A DNA stretch of 64,000 nucleotides, from assembly GCF_964204645.1 (NCBI RefSeq), contig NC_134034.1:3675814-3739813 (forward strand), given 5' to 3'. Numbering within the stretch: position 1 is the stretch's first letter; each line of letters starts with the position of its first letter. Position numbers and translations under genes: made by a program. This document shows, piece after piece, positions 13,301 to 24,733 of the stretch. This stretch comes from Tubulanus polymorphus. Its lineage: Eukaryota > Animalia > Nemertea. Under the pieces are notes generated by a model that had not been told where the DNA came from, made no database searches, and worked only from the letters and a program-made list of their open reading frames with translations.

Positions 13301-16300
13301 ACAATATGGAATCTGATTGGTACTTATGCAATTAAGCTGTGCATGTCCTTGCACACAGGGCCAATCAGGCAGGATTTTGGCTGATCTCGTGATGTCACCA
13401 GGTTCGAATTCATGCCGAGGGAGGCAGGGATAAATCGAGAAAAGATAAATTTTAGATCTTCATTTCTTTATATCGGCGATGATAGATGTTGCAGCGGGGG
13501 AAAAACTAACCGGTAAATTTGACGGCTTCCTCACACGGGAAATCTTTAGTGACGTAGTGGCATCGACACTGCACCGGCGTTTCAAGGTCGCACTGAGCGC
13601 ACGGTCCCGTGTGACATGGCATCTTACAACGGTGACGCTTTGCTAGAAAAAGATAAATCATGAATCAAAAGTTTTGCAACGAGTATTCTCACTTCCAGAC
13701 TCTGAGGGAAGGAAAGGGATACTTACTATGAAGGGGAAGTCTTATCCCTAGACTTTGAGGGATGGGATTCTTACCCCCAGACTTAATGAGTGCCTCGGTA
13801 GCTCAGTGAGATAAGGCGTGATGCTGTTGCATCCACTATCAGTACCGAGTGACAAGTGGGTTCAAGTCCAGCTGGCTGCTTACAGTGTGCGAGCAAAACA
13901 CTTCAACGGCCACCCCATCGTGAAGTTAAATGGACAATCCAATAGGGTTAGTCTTGGGAAATCAAGAACCAAAACGTTAACGTAAACCCAAAAGAAACAA
14001 ACAAAGCTTATTTCTTTCCTCCCGACTGACTGTGAAAGAAGTTATATTCTTACCCCCCGGCCGAGTCGAGATTAGATTCTTACCCTCGGGTCCGCAGTCG
14101 AGTTGTTTATCACAGATTTCGCTACAAGTAGGTACGACGTCGATGCAGGACGAGCGTCTGCTCGCGTTCGCAATCGAGGTCAATTCGGTTTTACCGCACG
14201 GACAATGACTCAATATGTCGGGAGCCAGCGAACATTGTAAACAGTCGCCTTCGTGACACTCCAACTCGCATCTATGTTCTCCGCATTTCAAAAGCCTATA
14301 CGAAAATTCCAACAAAATAAAGTTCAGTCAGAACACCTGCGTATACGAACACATCTCTATAGCGAACACTTCGCCGGAGACAAAATAATCCTATACTCTT
14401 CGCATACTACAGTACACACTCCGCACAAGTCAGATCTTTTACGACTGCGAAAATTTGTCCGAAAGTAGTGACATCTGAGTGAGATGTTATATAGTAGAAA
14501 AGTTACAGTCTGGAGAATAGGAGACATGGAGAATCTGATTATTGTGGAGCGGTGTGGCAGAGTGGATAGAGTGTTCGGCTCGAACCCCATACGTTGCCGT
14601 AGTGTCCTCGGGCAAGATACTTATCCTCATTGCCTCTCCCCACCTAAAAGTCAATGGGTACCTGGCCTGATACATGACTCCTAAGCGCTTAGTAGCCGCT
14701 CGGTGTTACTTCTCCCCAGGAAGAGGTGACTGATACATGTTTAGAGTATTAAAATGGCCAGGGTAATCATACCGAAAAATGTAAAGCGCTCCGAGCAGCT
14801 TCACTGGATTAAGCGCTATATAGGACACATATCATTATTATAGTATAGAATAAGTTCCCATGATAAAGCCATTACCTACATACATGTAATTCATAAAGAT
14901 TAAAAGCAAACTTTGCGGAAATGTCCCCATCACTTTCTCATCCCAATTACTGTAGACTCCTACTAAATCCAGTGTTTTTAATAAGAGCCAGATCCCAGGT
15001 CTCAGACCCGTCTGTTGTTTGTAAAGGACCCGCCTGTTTTTTCAAACCAGCCTTCGTTTCAGGGACTGTGACATATTATGGGACCCTCCTGTTTTTCAAA
15101 GGAACCTGGCTGGTTAATTTCTTATTGAAAACACTGAAATCAGTACTCTCGGTAAACCGTTTATTTGTTAATCTAGCTTAAGTCACTTACTTTTGACAAA
15201 CTTTTTGACAAGAGAAAGATGTGAGCAACGATTCCTCGGTTCCGCACAAAACCGTGCATTCTTCCTGACCACAAAAACACACTACAAATTTGAAGAACAT
15301 CATTCAAAGATTATCAATTTATAGTGAACTATATTTCAATGCAGAAGTTAATAATCTGCAGCTTTGAACGCGCAGTTCTTCAGACACTATGCACGTATTT
15401 TTTGTCATTTTACTAATAATGATCATCAAGACTCCACATGTGTATAATATAGGATACATTTTTAATTGAAAATGAACTACAAACACAAGACATTAGAAAT
15501 TTTATCGGCACACTTTCAAAAACTGATCATCCACACTTTATGGTACAATGGTGTATGTCCGAAGAGGGCGGTTCCGGCTGCAGATTGATATCTACACGAA
15601 ACGTATTGACTATTTTTTCATAGTTAAATAATTCCTAATTAAACATGATATTCCACATACAGTTGAGACTCGTTAATACGATTCTGTTTAAGACGAAACC
15701 CATTCATTACAATGATTTCCAGCTTGTCCCAGCTAACATATCTATACCATTCCAGATTTGGATATTACGAAACCAAAACACGACAATTTCACTTTTGCCC
15801 AAAAGATTTGTATTAAACGACGTTCCACGGAATATTGATAAGCGGGCCATAGACAATATCCGGATAAGATCAAAGTCCGGGTTGGTTAAACCGATCCCCA
15901 TTAAGCGGGATTGACTGTTTTTCTTCTTTTTTTTTTTAAAATAGATACCTTGTTTAATTTCTTGCGAGCAGGGGTCACACGGACCGGAGTGACACAAATT
16001 CGCGCAGTCGTGTAAACCGCAGTTTAACTGTTTTTCGCATTGGTTTTCACACTTCACGTTCACGGAGAGACCGCATTTCACCGTTTTACTACGCGAAAAA
16101 TACCGGTTAAGGGAAACAATTAAAAATTTCATTTCGCTGAAAAAAGGTCATCGAAAACAAAAAACGGGTAAAAAATTATTTTTCAAAATTTCGCGAGGGA
16201 AATGTTGTCCAAAAAGAGCATATTCTTCCGGATTTCCTCTAGAAAAACATAGGCCTATGTTAGTTATGGAAAATGCTTGAAAATGAAACGAACATTAATT

Positions 16301-19300
16301 GACATAAACCTTGAAAATTTGGTGTGTGAAAAAGGATACGAAATTTTTCCGCAATCACAATTTTTCGTGGTAGTCGCATTACAAGGCGGACACGGACCCG
16401 GGTGACACAATCTGAAATGAGATCAGAAATATAGAACATTTCTGTGTATAAAGATTAATTCCTAAGAGCTATTGCTAGGGTCATTTCTATATATTCACAT
16501 AAGTTTTAAATCAAGCTTTGTTTAGCTATATACACAGGACATCGAACATTTTATCAGGTCACATTTTAAATTAAAAATCTGATCGTCCACACTTCACATT
16601 AAGTCAGGACTTTGCTGACACGTTCTTATTGAAAATGAACTAAAAAAAATCAGACATTAGACATTACAGGGCAGCCAACCTCTGAACAGTGCTGTCAGTA
16701 ACAAATTGAAATCTTTTTAGTAACTTTTCATCGAAATAAGGAAGAAAATGTTCAAATTAATCAGTTATCAACAGTAGGCCCTCAGTAACATCTTTTGTAT
16801 TTCTATATGCATCAAACTAATCTAATCAGTATTTCTCATTACGAAATACGTAGTAACAAATACTGAAAATCAGGAACAGCTGGCAGTTCTGACATTACAT
16901 CAGCACACTTTCAGTAACTGATCATCCCCAATTCATATGTGTTCAGAACTTCACCCGAGACATTTTTTAACCCTGTCAGTGCGTCTACACCGCAGGGCAG
17001 TGTATGAACTGGTGATGGATTTTGCTAGTACACCGCACTGCGGTGTATTGATGTAATCAGTAATTAGTTTTTATCTCTATTAGATGATGGCAGCACCTGT
17101 CAAACATAGTGAAATATTAGTAACTAACGATACACTGCGCCGCGGTGTAGATGCACTATAGTGCTATTCCCGTTATTCAACACACTAGGGTGGAATTTTC
17201 AAAAATTTTCAAATTATCTCCAGCACTATAGGGTATTGATTAGTCAGCACTGGTTAAATTGAAAATGAACAACAATCACCAGATTATTAATCGGCAAAAC
17301 TGATTCGAATTCAAACTACAACATGGTTCCAGGAGAGGTAGCCGCATTAATCGAAGACCTGATCGAAACGTCGAAAAACTTATCCGCTAAATTTATGCAG
17401 CAAACAGCTAGGATAAATTAACACCGGCACGTTAAACCGGGGGCTGAGACATAAGTCGTACTTACATGTTACATTTATGCGGGCAATCTCGCGATCGCTT
17501 GCAGACCTCGCCGCAGCCGTGCGGCGTCTCGTACCGACTGTAAACCGGATCTTGCGCTTTACCGCAGAAACAGTAGTAATGATGCGGCAATCTGTCGTTG
17601 ATGTTCTGACACGCCGGACAACGCCAGCCGGAATCCTCACCTGAAATCATCGAGAGACGTCCGCGATGAGAATAAGTAACTAATCACGATTTTATTGAAA
17701 TATCTGAAGTTATCCAGAACAAGAACATCATTAGTAACTAATCATAACTATACTGAAGTCTTAAGTCATTAACTCTTTGCCTGCCAGGTCTATCTTTTAG
17801 GAAATGCTGCGCTTTGCCAGGATTTCCGTGTTTTTCAGAGATTCATAAAACAAAAAACTAGAAGAGATCAAATTTGTTTTATTTTGCTCATCTGGTCTTG
17901 CTTGTTCGTGTAAAATAAGCAGTATTTCTTCTAAGAGTGATAAAATCTGCAGCAATAATAATTGGCAGGCAATGGATGGGAGATATCGAACGTACCAGTA
18001 CGTGTTTGGCAGGCAATGAGTTAAGAATGAGAAGGTTATCATTAATAAAAACCGATCATAATTTCATTGAATACCGTAAGTCATCTAGAACATTGTCATA
18101 AGTATCTTATCATAGTTTTACTGAATCAATGAAGTCATTCAGAATACGATGGCTGTCATCTAAGTTCCTACGGTAATCATTATTTTACGTAACAAATATC
18201 TAAAGTCATTGAGAACATTTTCATAAGTATCTACTTATGATTCGACTGAATACTTGAGTTATACCGTAATTCGAATAAAAAGGTCGGCAATCGTAACAAA
18301 TCATAATTTCAATGAAATCATCCTCCGACAAACATAACTTTACTGAATACTCAAGTCATTTAGAATGAGAAGAAGGTCCTTACAAGTAGTAAATAATCCT
18401 AATTTTACTGAGAAATCATTTCAGTCATCGAGAATGACTAGGTCATCATTCGCAACTATTTATAATTTCAAAGAGTTTTTGAAATTATCTTGAAAGGTCA
18501 TTTTAATATATATGACTTCATTTGACCAAAAAAAAAAATTATAATGTTACAGGTTCGCTCAGGTACAAAGTACATTAATGGCAACACCATAATGATAATT
18601 GTTAACAAGAAATGGGTCAAGTCATGTACATTTTTAACATATAGATACATAAGATTCAGAGAACATAAGACAGAGAAAGAAAAACAATAACAATAACAAC
18701 AGTGGTAATAATTGAAATGGGAAAAAAACAATTAAAAAAAAGGAAAATAATAAAGGAAAGAAAACAATTGTCGGTTAGAAAGGTCATCATCAGTATCTTA
18801 TCCTAATTTAACTGAATACTTGAGGTCATTTAAAATGAGGTCATCATAAGTAGTCATAATTTCATTGAATCATTGAAGTCATTTAGAACGATGTCGATAG
18901 AAAATACCCTAATCGTCATTTCACTAAGGGATCATTCATTTATTATGTACACATGAAATTTGACTTTTTCAACCCCCCTTGTACGCAAAATCAGCCATTT
19001 TTTAATATACATTAACCCTTTCAGTGCTGACTGATCGATACCCTATAGTGCTGAAGATAATTTGAAAATTTCACCCTAGTGTGTTGAATAACGGGAATAC
19101 CATTAAAGCGCCTCTACACCGCAGCGCAATGTATCGTTAGTTTCTAGTATTTCACTATGCTTGACAGGTGCTGCCATCTTTCAATAGAGATATAAACTAG
19201 GCTAATTACTAATTACACCAATACACCGCAGTACGGTGTACTATCAAAATCCATCATGAGTCATACATAGAGATAGAGATATAAACTAGGCTAATTACTG

Positions 19301-22300
19301 ATTACACCAATACACCGCAGTGGGGTGAACTATCAAAATCCATCACCGATTCATACACCGCACTGCGGTGTAGACGCACTGAAAGGGTTAAGCATTACAG
19401 TACGCAATTGCCTGACCCCCCTCCCCTAATGCGTACGTAATAAATGAATGATCCCTAAATCATTGAAGTCATCGGGAATGAGAAGGTCGTCAGTAGCACT
19501 AAACCATACCAGAAACAGCTTTACGAATAGCTTTTTTTGTTTTTTTAGGACGCTGAAGTTAACGTACGTACGTACCGTCGACCATAGCGACTGGCGACCG
19601 CGACCAGGTTTTGATGCAGCGCAGGTGAAAAATGTGGTAACAACTGCGACAATTCCAAACGGCGGCTTCGTGTTTGACGACGTCGTAACAGATCATACAT
19701 TCATACGTGTTCTGAATCAGTTGATCGATCAACGAACCTGAAACGACGAAAATTACAAATAACACATAGTCCAGCGCTTAACCTCTTCACTACCGCGGAT
19801 ATTTTTTTTTTTTTAACACCCTCAACCCGCTAAGCGCCACACAAGGCATTATAAGCAGGTTCGACGTTTCTTTTTCCCAATCGGGGAGAGACCAGAGAAG
19901 AACCTTCGACCAAGAAACTCTGTCGCCACCAGGGTTTGAACCCATAAACCCTGGATTGACGAGACCAGTAACCGGCGGCTTAAACCACTCGGCTACTGCG
20001 CTGGATAATGTAACGTACCTCACCAGGATTCGAACCCAATGGCATCAATCAATTTAAAAAAAAATCGGTATTAGAGACTGTTAGAGTTACTAATCCTCCA
20101 TCTATGAGTTAAAATTGGAACTAAATTGAGGCAGACAAGCCTATAGTACGGCTACACCACACCAGCGATTGTAGTAAACACATATATCTGCGATGTAAAT
20201 ATATGTCACGCATGGTGAGAGAAGGTCATTATTTGCGTCGTAAATACACGTCACAAGTGGTTATGAAGAGGTTAATCCGGATCAGTTTTTACGATCAAAT
20301 TCCTATCATTTGAGGAAAAAAATATTGGTATTATCACCACCAGCCTATAACATCGGTCATCTCACCCCGGAGGGAAGCAAGCTGCTAGGCGCTCAGGAGT
20401 CATCTATCAGGCCAGATATCCATTTACTCTTGGGTGGAAAGAGGTAATATGGATAAAGTCTTGCCCAACTGGGGAAATTATGGTAGTGTACGGCCTGGCT
20501 TCCCGGAGTCGAAACGCTCTAACCACTCGCCTATGCCGCTAATCTTGCAAATAAATTCTATATGATGTTGTATGATCTAAATTCCTGATAAACCGGATGA
20601 ATTTCATCAGTCCAAAAATGATCGGGATAAAGCAGGGTTCTCGATAAACTATCACTTTCAGCCCAAGGCGATTGATTTACCTCTTTTATCATATTTACCT
20701 CTTTGAGTTTCTAGTTCTTCGTTCGTCATCTTCTTCAATTCTCGTCTATTGTAGACGATCTTATCCCCGGTTCTAACGGCGAAACCGGTTGAATCCTTGG
20801 CGCCGTCGTAAGATCCCCGATCACGAGAACCCCTGTTGTGACCGCTGGAGCCCTTATCTTCGCCGAAGCCTTTTTCATACGAGTCTTTGACTTTTCCGTT
20901 AAAATCACGCGCGCTGAAACCCCTGTCGTAAGTTCCCCTACCTCTGCCATAACTTTTATTATAAAAATCTCCATCTTTGTTACAGCCATTGTCATAAGAA
21001 CCCTTATTTTTGCCATATTTTGCCATTTTGTCTTTGCCCGACGGCTTTTTATAAGAACCCTGATCTTTCCATCTAGTATTCTTGTTGCGCGGGACTCTGT
21101 CTCCATTGGACGCCTGTTCATAGGAACCCTGATCTATCCCTGTAGTATCCTTGTTGCGGGGGACTCTGTCTCCGTTGGACGTCTGTTCATAGGAACCGCG
21201 ATCTATCTGTTTAGTATCCTTGTTGCGGGGGACTCTGTCTCCATTGGACGTCTGTTCATAGGAACCCCGATCTATCCCTCTAGTATTGTTGTTGCGGGGG
21301 ACTCTGTCTCCATTGGACGTCTGTTCATAGGAACCCTGATCTATCCCTCTAGTATTGTTGTTGCGCGGGACTCTGTCTCCGTTGGACGTCTGTTCATAGG
21401 AACCCCGATCTATGCCTCTAGTATCCTTGTTGCGGGGGACTCTGTCTCCATTGGACGTCTGTTCATAGGAACCCCGATCTATCCCTCTAGTATCCTTGTT
21501 GCGGGGGACTCTGTCTCCGTTGGACGTCTGTTCATAGGAACCGCGATCTATCCCTCTAGTATTGTTGTTGCGCGGGACTCTGTCTCCGTTGGACGTCTGT
21601 TCATAGGAACCCCGATCTATGCCTCTAGTATCCTTGTTGCGGGGGACTCTGTCTCCGTTGGACGTCTGTTCATAGGAACCGCGATCTATCTGTTTAGTAT
21701 CCTTGTTGCGCGGGACTCTGTCTCCGTTGGTGCCCTTTTTATGAGTGCCCTTGCGTTCCCTGCCCGACTCAGGCCCTTTGTTGTCCGGTCCGTAGCCGCA
21801 GTCGCCGTCGAAATTCTCGTCATCGACACGATAGTCGTTGCCGGCCTGGTGACCGCGCCGATCGGGAGGTCTGTATCTGTAATTATCGCGAGCCGGTGCG
21901 GTGTATCTGTCGTGAACGTCTCGTTCGGAACGCAACGTTTTCCGATCCTCGTTTCCGACGACTCTTACGTCCCCGTAACGAGATTTAAAACTGCAATTTC
22001 CGACGCCGTTCGAGCGTTCATTGTTTTCGTCGAAATCCTCAGCGCGAGTGTCTCTTTTCGAACGCGACGGCGGTTTCACACGCGTTTTTCTATCCTCCTC
22101 TTCGGCGATTCTTACGTCGCGATATTTAAAGACGTCATTTCCGCACCCGTTCGACCGGTCGCTTTTTTCGTCCCGGTATCTTTCCGATTCTCGATCGAAA
22201 TCCGAATTCGTATCGCCGACTCCACGCGTCGCGGCGCCTCCCCTTCCTCTGCCAGCCCTACCCCCTCTCGACCCTCTACGCTGCACTCCCCGACTCGATT

Positions 22301-22691
22301 TATCCGCCCTATCCTCATTTCTATTGTCGCGATTTTCCGCCCGTCTGTCGTAGTTTTTCCACCGGCCGCGAGAAGTTTTTGAACGTTCCGTGGCACCGCG
22401 GTTCATTGGGACGCCTCCGCGATTTCGACCGCGCGACTTTGGCCGCGCCCCGCCGCCTGCTTCCGCTACGACACCGCGCTGCGTCGAGTCCGGCCGCGAT
22501 TCAACGCTGTCCGCGTTATTTCCAGGCGCCGCGGGCGTTTCTTGAAACTCGTAGAATCCGTTCGAGTAGTCGAAATGTCCGTCCCAATAACCGGAATAAT
22601 CGTAATCATAACCGTAATTATAATCATAACAATAGCCGTACTCATCGTAATTATAGCCATATTCATCGTAATTCGGAAATTGTTGCTCCAT
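1204..22691 (-). CDS. NFX1: Transcriptional repressor NF-X1 (RING/PHD-like finger, NF-X1 zinc fingers, R3H); 18 coding exons, 4398 nt, ~1465 aa
   Basis: Exons joined with GT-AG and consistent phases: 20699-22691, 19576-19737, 17466-17640, 16340-16411, 15949-16088, 15191-15281, 14084-14295, 13511-13642, 12379-12570, 9876-10075, 9373-9477, 9159-9287, 7638-7735, 6208-6312, 3968-4102, 3189-3401, 2434-2541, 1204-1339. Motifs: [26 protein letters not shown]; repeated CGxHxC..CHxGPC; R3H ([26 protein letters not shown]); C-terminal VDYFD. Confidence 0.95.
2434..2541 (-). CDS. NFX1: NFX1 exon 17
   Basis: [12 protein letters not shown]...RPVPIPH; phase 2-2. Confidence 0.88.
3189..3401 (-). CDS. NFX1: NFX1 exon 16 (R3H domain)
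   Basis: [41 protein letters not shown]. Confidence 0.95.
3968..4102 (-). CDS. NFX1: NFX1 exon 15
   Basis: [20 protein letters not shown]...YSTFLKDFA. Confidence 0.93.
4277..6066. repeat. 122-bp tandem repeat, ~14 copies plus degenerate edge, in an NFX1 intron
   Basis: GATCAGTTTTTGAAAATTTACTTATAAAA...GTGAAGTGTGAAGTGTGGAC period 122. Confidence 0.97.
6208..6312 (-). CDS. NFX1: NFX1 exon 14
   Basis: [21 protein letters not shown]; phase 2-2, AG/GT ends. Confidence 0.85.
7275..7524. mobile_element. Penelope-like element remnant (inverted pLTR hairpin + tail)
   Basis: Inverted arms 7275-7360/7411-7495, CGAAACGTC in spacer, ~29-nt tail, duplication TTCGTCAACAGAT (7269, 7525). Confidence 0.6.
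7638..7735 (-). CDS. NFX1: NFX1 exon 13
   Basis: [16 protein letters not shown]; phases fit. Confidence 0.9.
8028..8307. mobile_element. Foldback/MITE with ~100-bp inverted arms
   Basis: ATCGATGCTCAAATTGGCATCCGGGC...CTCAGATAA mirrored at 8203-8292. Confidence 0.75.
8313..9135. repeat. 85-bp minisatellite (~10 copies) built of CTGGAGATAAAT-type subunits
   Basis: ACCTGGAGATCATG recurs every 85 bp. Confidence 0.95.
9159..9287 (-). CDS. NFX1: NFX1 exon 12
   Basis: [27 protein letters not shown]. Confidence 0.92.
9373..9477 (-). CDS. NFX1: NFX1 exon 11
   Basis: [32 protein letters not shown]. Confidence 0.93.
9876..10075 (-). CDS. NFX1: NFX1 exon 10
   Basis: FDELTCYCG...[13 protein letters not shown]...[17 protein letters not shown]. 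Confidence 0.95.
10450..11445 (-). mobile_element. hAT-like DNA transposon deletion derivative with 7-bp TSD and truncated transposase 5' end
   Basis: TIR CAGAGATGCTAG/CTAGCATCTCTG; TAAAGGT on both flanks (10443-10449, 11446-11452); subterminal TTCCGGAA repeats; ORF 10487-10981 with W..CVVC..H....H zinc finger. Confidence 0.85.
12379..12570 (-). CDS. NFX1: NFX1 exon 9
   Basis: [18 protein letters not shown]...[13 protein letters not shown]. Confidence 0.94.
13511..13642 (-). CDS. NFX1: NFX1 exon 8
   Basis: [15 protein letters not shown]...CRC...FPC. Confidence 0.92.
13793..13975 (+). mobile_element. tRNA-derived SINE-like sequence
   Basis: TAGCTCAGTG A box; GGTTCAAGTCC B box; no complete cloverleaf. 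Confidence 0.5.
14084..14295 (-). CDS. NFX1: NFX1 exon 7
   Basis: [18 protein letters not shown]...HCPCGKT...CDKQLDCG. Confidence 0.93.
14546..14840 (+). mobile_element. tRNA-derived SINE with L2/CR1-type 3' tail
   Basis: A-box-like TGGCAGAGTGG, B-box-like GGCTCGAACCC, body GTGTCCTCGGGCAAGATACTT, tail TGTAAAGCGCT..AAGCGCTATAT..ATTATTA; second copy on - strand at ~20335-20540. Confidence 0.7.
15191..15281 (-). CDS. NFX1: NFX1 exon 6
   Basis: [13 protein letters not shown]...FSCQKVCQ. Confidence 0.9.
15949..16088 (-). CDS. NFX1: NFX1 exon 5
   Basis: [24 protein letters not shown]. Confidence 0.93.
16340..16411 (-). CDS. NFX1: NFX1 exon 4
   Basis: [10 protein letters not shown]...CDCGK. Confidence 0.93.
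17466..17640 (-). CDS. NFX1: NFX1 exon 3
   Basis: [11 protein letters not shown]...YYCFCGK...PHGCGEVC. Confidence 0.95.
18928..19455. mobile_element. PIF/Harbinger-type MITE (GGGATCATTCATTTATTA TIR, 3-bp TSD); copies 6898-7049, 41645-41802, ~3586-3747, ~50648-50812
   Basis: TSDs TAA, ATT and TAC at different copies. Confidence 0.8.
19016..19387. mobile_element. piggyBac-type MITE (TTAA, CCCTTTCAGTGC TIR); other copies 12744-12909, 16971-17253, 51122-51401, 53375-53632
   Basis: TTAA|CCCTTTCAGTGC...GCACTGAAAGGG|TTAA and shared internal sequence. Confidence 0.85.
19576..19737 (-). CDS. NFX1: NFX1 exon 2 (RING/PHD-like finger)
   Basis: [18 protein letters not shown]...[11 protein letters not shown]; AG/GT ends. 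Confidence 0.95.
19803..20001 (-). mobile_element. tRNA-derived SINE with A-tail, nested in a TTAA-flanked MITE (19782-20271)
   Basis: TAGCCGAGTGG and GGTTCAAACC on - strand, A-run at end; host TIR CCTCTTCA..TGAAGAGG flanked by TTAA. Confidence 0.6.
20335..20540 (-). mobile_element. SINE copy related to 14546-14840
   Basis: Shares TGGCCTGATA.ATGACTCCT.AGCGC.TAG and GGGCAAGAC. Confidence 0.6.
20699..22691 (-). CDS. NFX1: NFX1 coding exon 1 (low-complexity N-terminus)
   Basis: ATG preceded by an acceptor and in-frame stop; donor AGAG|GTAAAT joins in phase to GSLIDQL. Confidence 0.9.
21050..21731 (-). repeat. Coding 69-bp tandem repeat x10 in NFX1 exon 1
   Basis: ([23 protein letters not shown])n in the translation. 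Confidence 0.97.
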
Positions 22692-23633
22692 TGTTGTAAT
22701 TTAACTGGAAATAAAAGAAAACAAAGCCATTTTATGGAATGTGCATATATAAAACGAGATGACGAGAGAAATCCCATAATGATTCATTCAAAGATAAAAA
22801 ATTCCTGAATAGAAGAGTAATTTTGAGCAACGTTTCGGCTAAACACTATTAGCCATCATCCTAGGCATACTGAGGAACAAAATGAAATAACAGAATGTTT
22901 ATACAAGAATCAGACAATAGGATAAGGATTAAAGGATTAAGATCAAAGTAATTAAACAACAAAAACCAGAAACCAACGGAGGCAAACGACAAATTAGGGG
23001 TAGTAATGGATAGTAAAATAGCGGTTGACAGTTGGTAAAAAAAGATGGATAGTACTTCATAGGTTAGGCCAAAAATAGACCTAAATGATGTATACCTTGT
23101 TTCTCATTTCTGAGCTGAGCTGATCAAAAAGTTGGCCCGGCCGGCTGCCTGTCTATTCTGTACATAAGTTTTTTAAAATCATGATCAAGCTAAGAATAAC
23201 AGACCCGGCAAATATAGAAACGAACTGATTACAAATTTCATCGCAGTTCATGAAATATGAGGAACAAGGAATCATTTTTTTATAGCCTTAACTTGTTTAT
23301 CTAGGGTTAGAGCTTTATTTCTTCAGATAAATCAGTTTATACCTGATGGATTTATGCATTAGTTACAAAAGCTTCAACACGGTCAGGATGGTGGGTGGTC
23401 GGGGGGGGAGTTTGTCAGTTCGAACGAAAGCCCCTTTTTAGAAGAAAGTGCCCTTCATAATCTCATAAGAATAAGTTTTCGACTCAAAGTGTGACTTGGT
23501 CTGGTAAGATTTCAGAACGAATGTCCTAACAGTATTAGTATTAGTAACTGAAGCACAATTATTGTTATATATATTGTCAATATGATACCAATGACCCAAA
23601 TTTGAGTGTGAGTAAATATTCGCTAGATGCTTA

Positions 23634-23848
23634 GGCTAAACAAAAATAATACCTTGTTTCTCCGCAGCGGCCGGGTCATTTTTGTAGAATTTGATAAAAT
23701 TTGTAAACAGTTCATTTCTATAGCGGCCGGGTCTGTTAAAATTGATCACGATTTTAAAAAAAGTAATGTATAGGGTAGATAGGCGGCCGGCCGGGTCAAC
23801 ATTTAAGCTCAGCAGAGCGGAGAAACAAGGTATCAATTTTTTTTAGCC
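23634..23848. mobile_element. Harbinger-type MITE (TTA TSD); inverted sibling at 23067-23287
   Basis: TTA|GGCTAAA..ATACCTTGTTTCTCCGC...GCGGAGAAACAAGGTAT..TTTAGCC|TTA. Confidence 0.75.
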
Positions 23849-24647
23849 TTAGGAAACAGTTTTTAAACGATTTTCCTGGGGAGGTCCCCTGAATGGGCGT
23901 CGCAACTGTGGTGCTCACTTTTCAAATACAACAGAACCCGTCAAAAGTCCCCTTTATATAATTCAAAAGTGTCCCTTTCAAAATCCTGAGGCTTGAGGTC
24001 GGTCATTCCTGGATAACGAAGCTTTCGAGGAGTTTTACCGGAGAAAATTTCCGTAACGTTTAAGCCGTGAGGTTGATACATGCACGTTGTGACAACTGTG
24101 ATGAGCGGCCCAGCAGTAGAACCTGCTTATCACTCAGCTCAGCACTGGACTGAACACTCACTCAGTCAAAATACCGATACATTATCAAATACCCCAGGGT
24201 CAGGGACTGCGTCCCAATCCCATTGGGGAGCGCCTGTCAGCTGTCGGCCAATCGGCAATGTCGACATGAGAGCTCTGACGAAGCCTACTACTACTACTAG
24301 CCTAGGAACTAAACGTTTGATGGCTGCCAGCGCAGTGTGATGCAACTACTGAACTAGTTGGTGTAGTGTGAAGAATAAATAATGAGACTGGGACTGAGAG
24401 ATGGTCTGGCCCTGGGACTGCTGGGTCATGGTATTGGTAGGTACGATGTCGATGATGATGGTCGGATGGATGGTCACACTCACACTAACATCACATTCCA
24501 CAGCATCGTCACGTCAGAACTGAATGAAGAAGCCCCCTACTGCTACTCTCTCAGTCTCTGTCCAATCCATTACTACTACATACTACATAGCCATAGGCCT
24601 GCAAGACTTTTTTTTACAATTTTACAATTTCTTACTTTATCAATTAC

Positions 24648-24733
24648 CTTTCTGCACTCAGTCTGCTTGTCTTAAACTGTGATTTCACCACCGCACACAA
24701 CCGATTTAGAATTATAATATCACTGTATCACTT
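24648..24733 (-). other. Probable non-coding first exon of NFX1
   Basis: Donor-like AAG|GTAATT at 24647; coding exon 1 has an acceptor ~14 nt before its ATG, so a UTR exon is needed. Upstream boundary is a guess. Confidence 0.4.

Noticed and set aside
20838-22382. 514-aa + strand ORF
   Set aside because: Antisense shadow of the repetitive NFX1 exon 1; non-ATG start.
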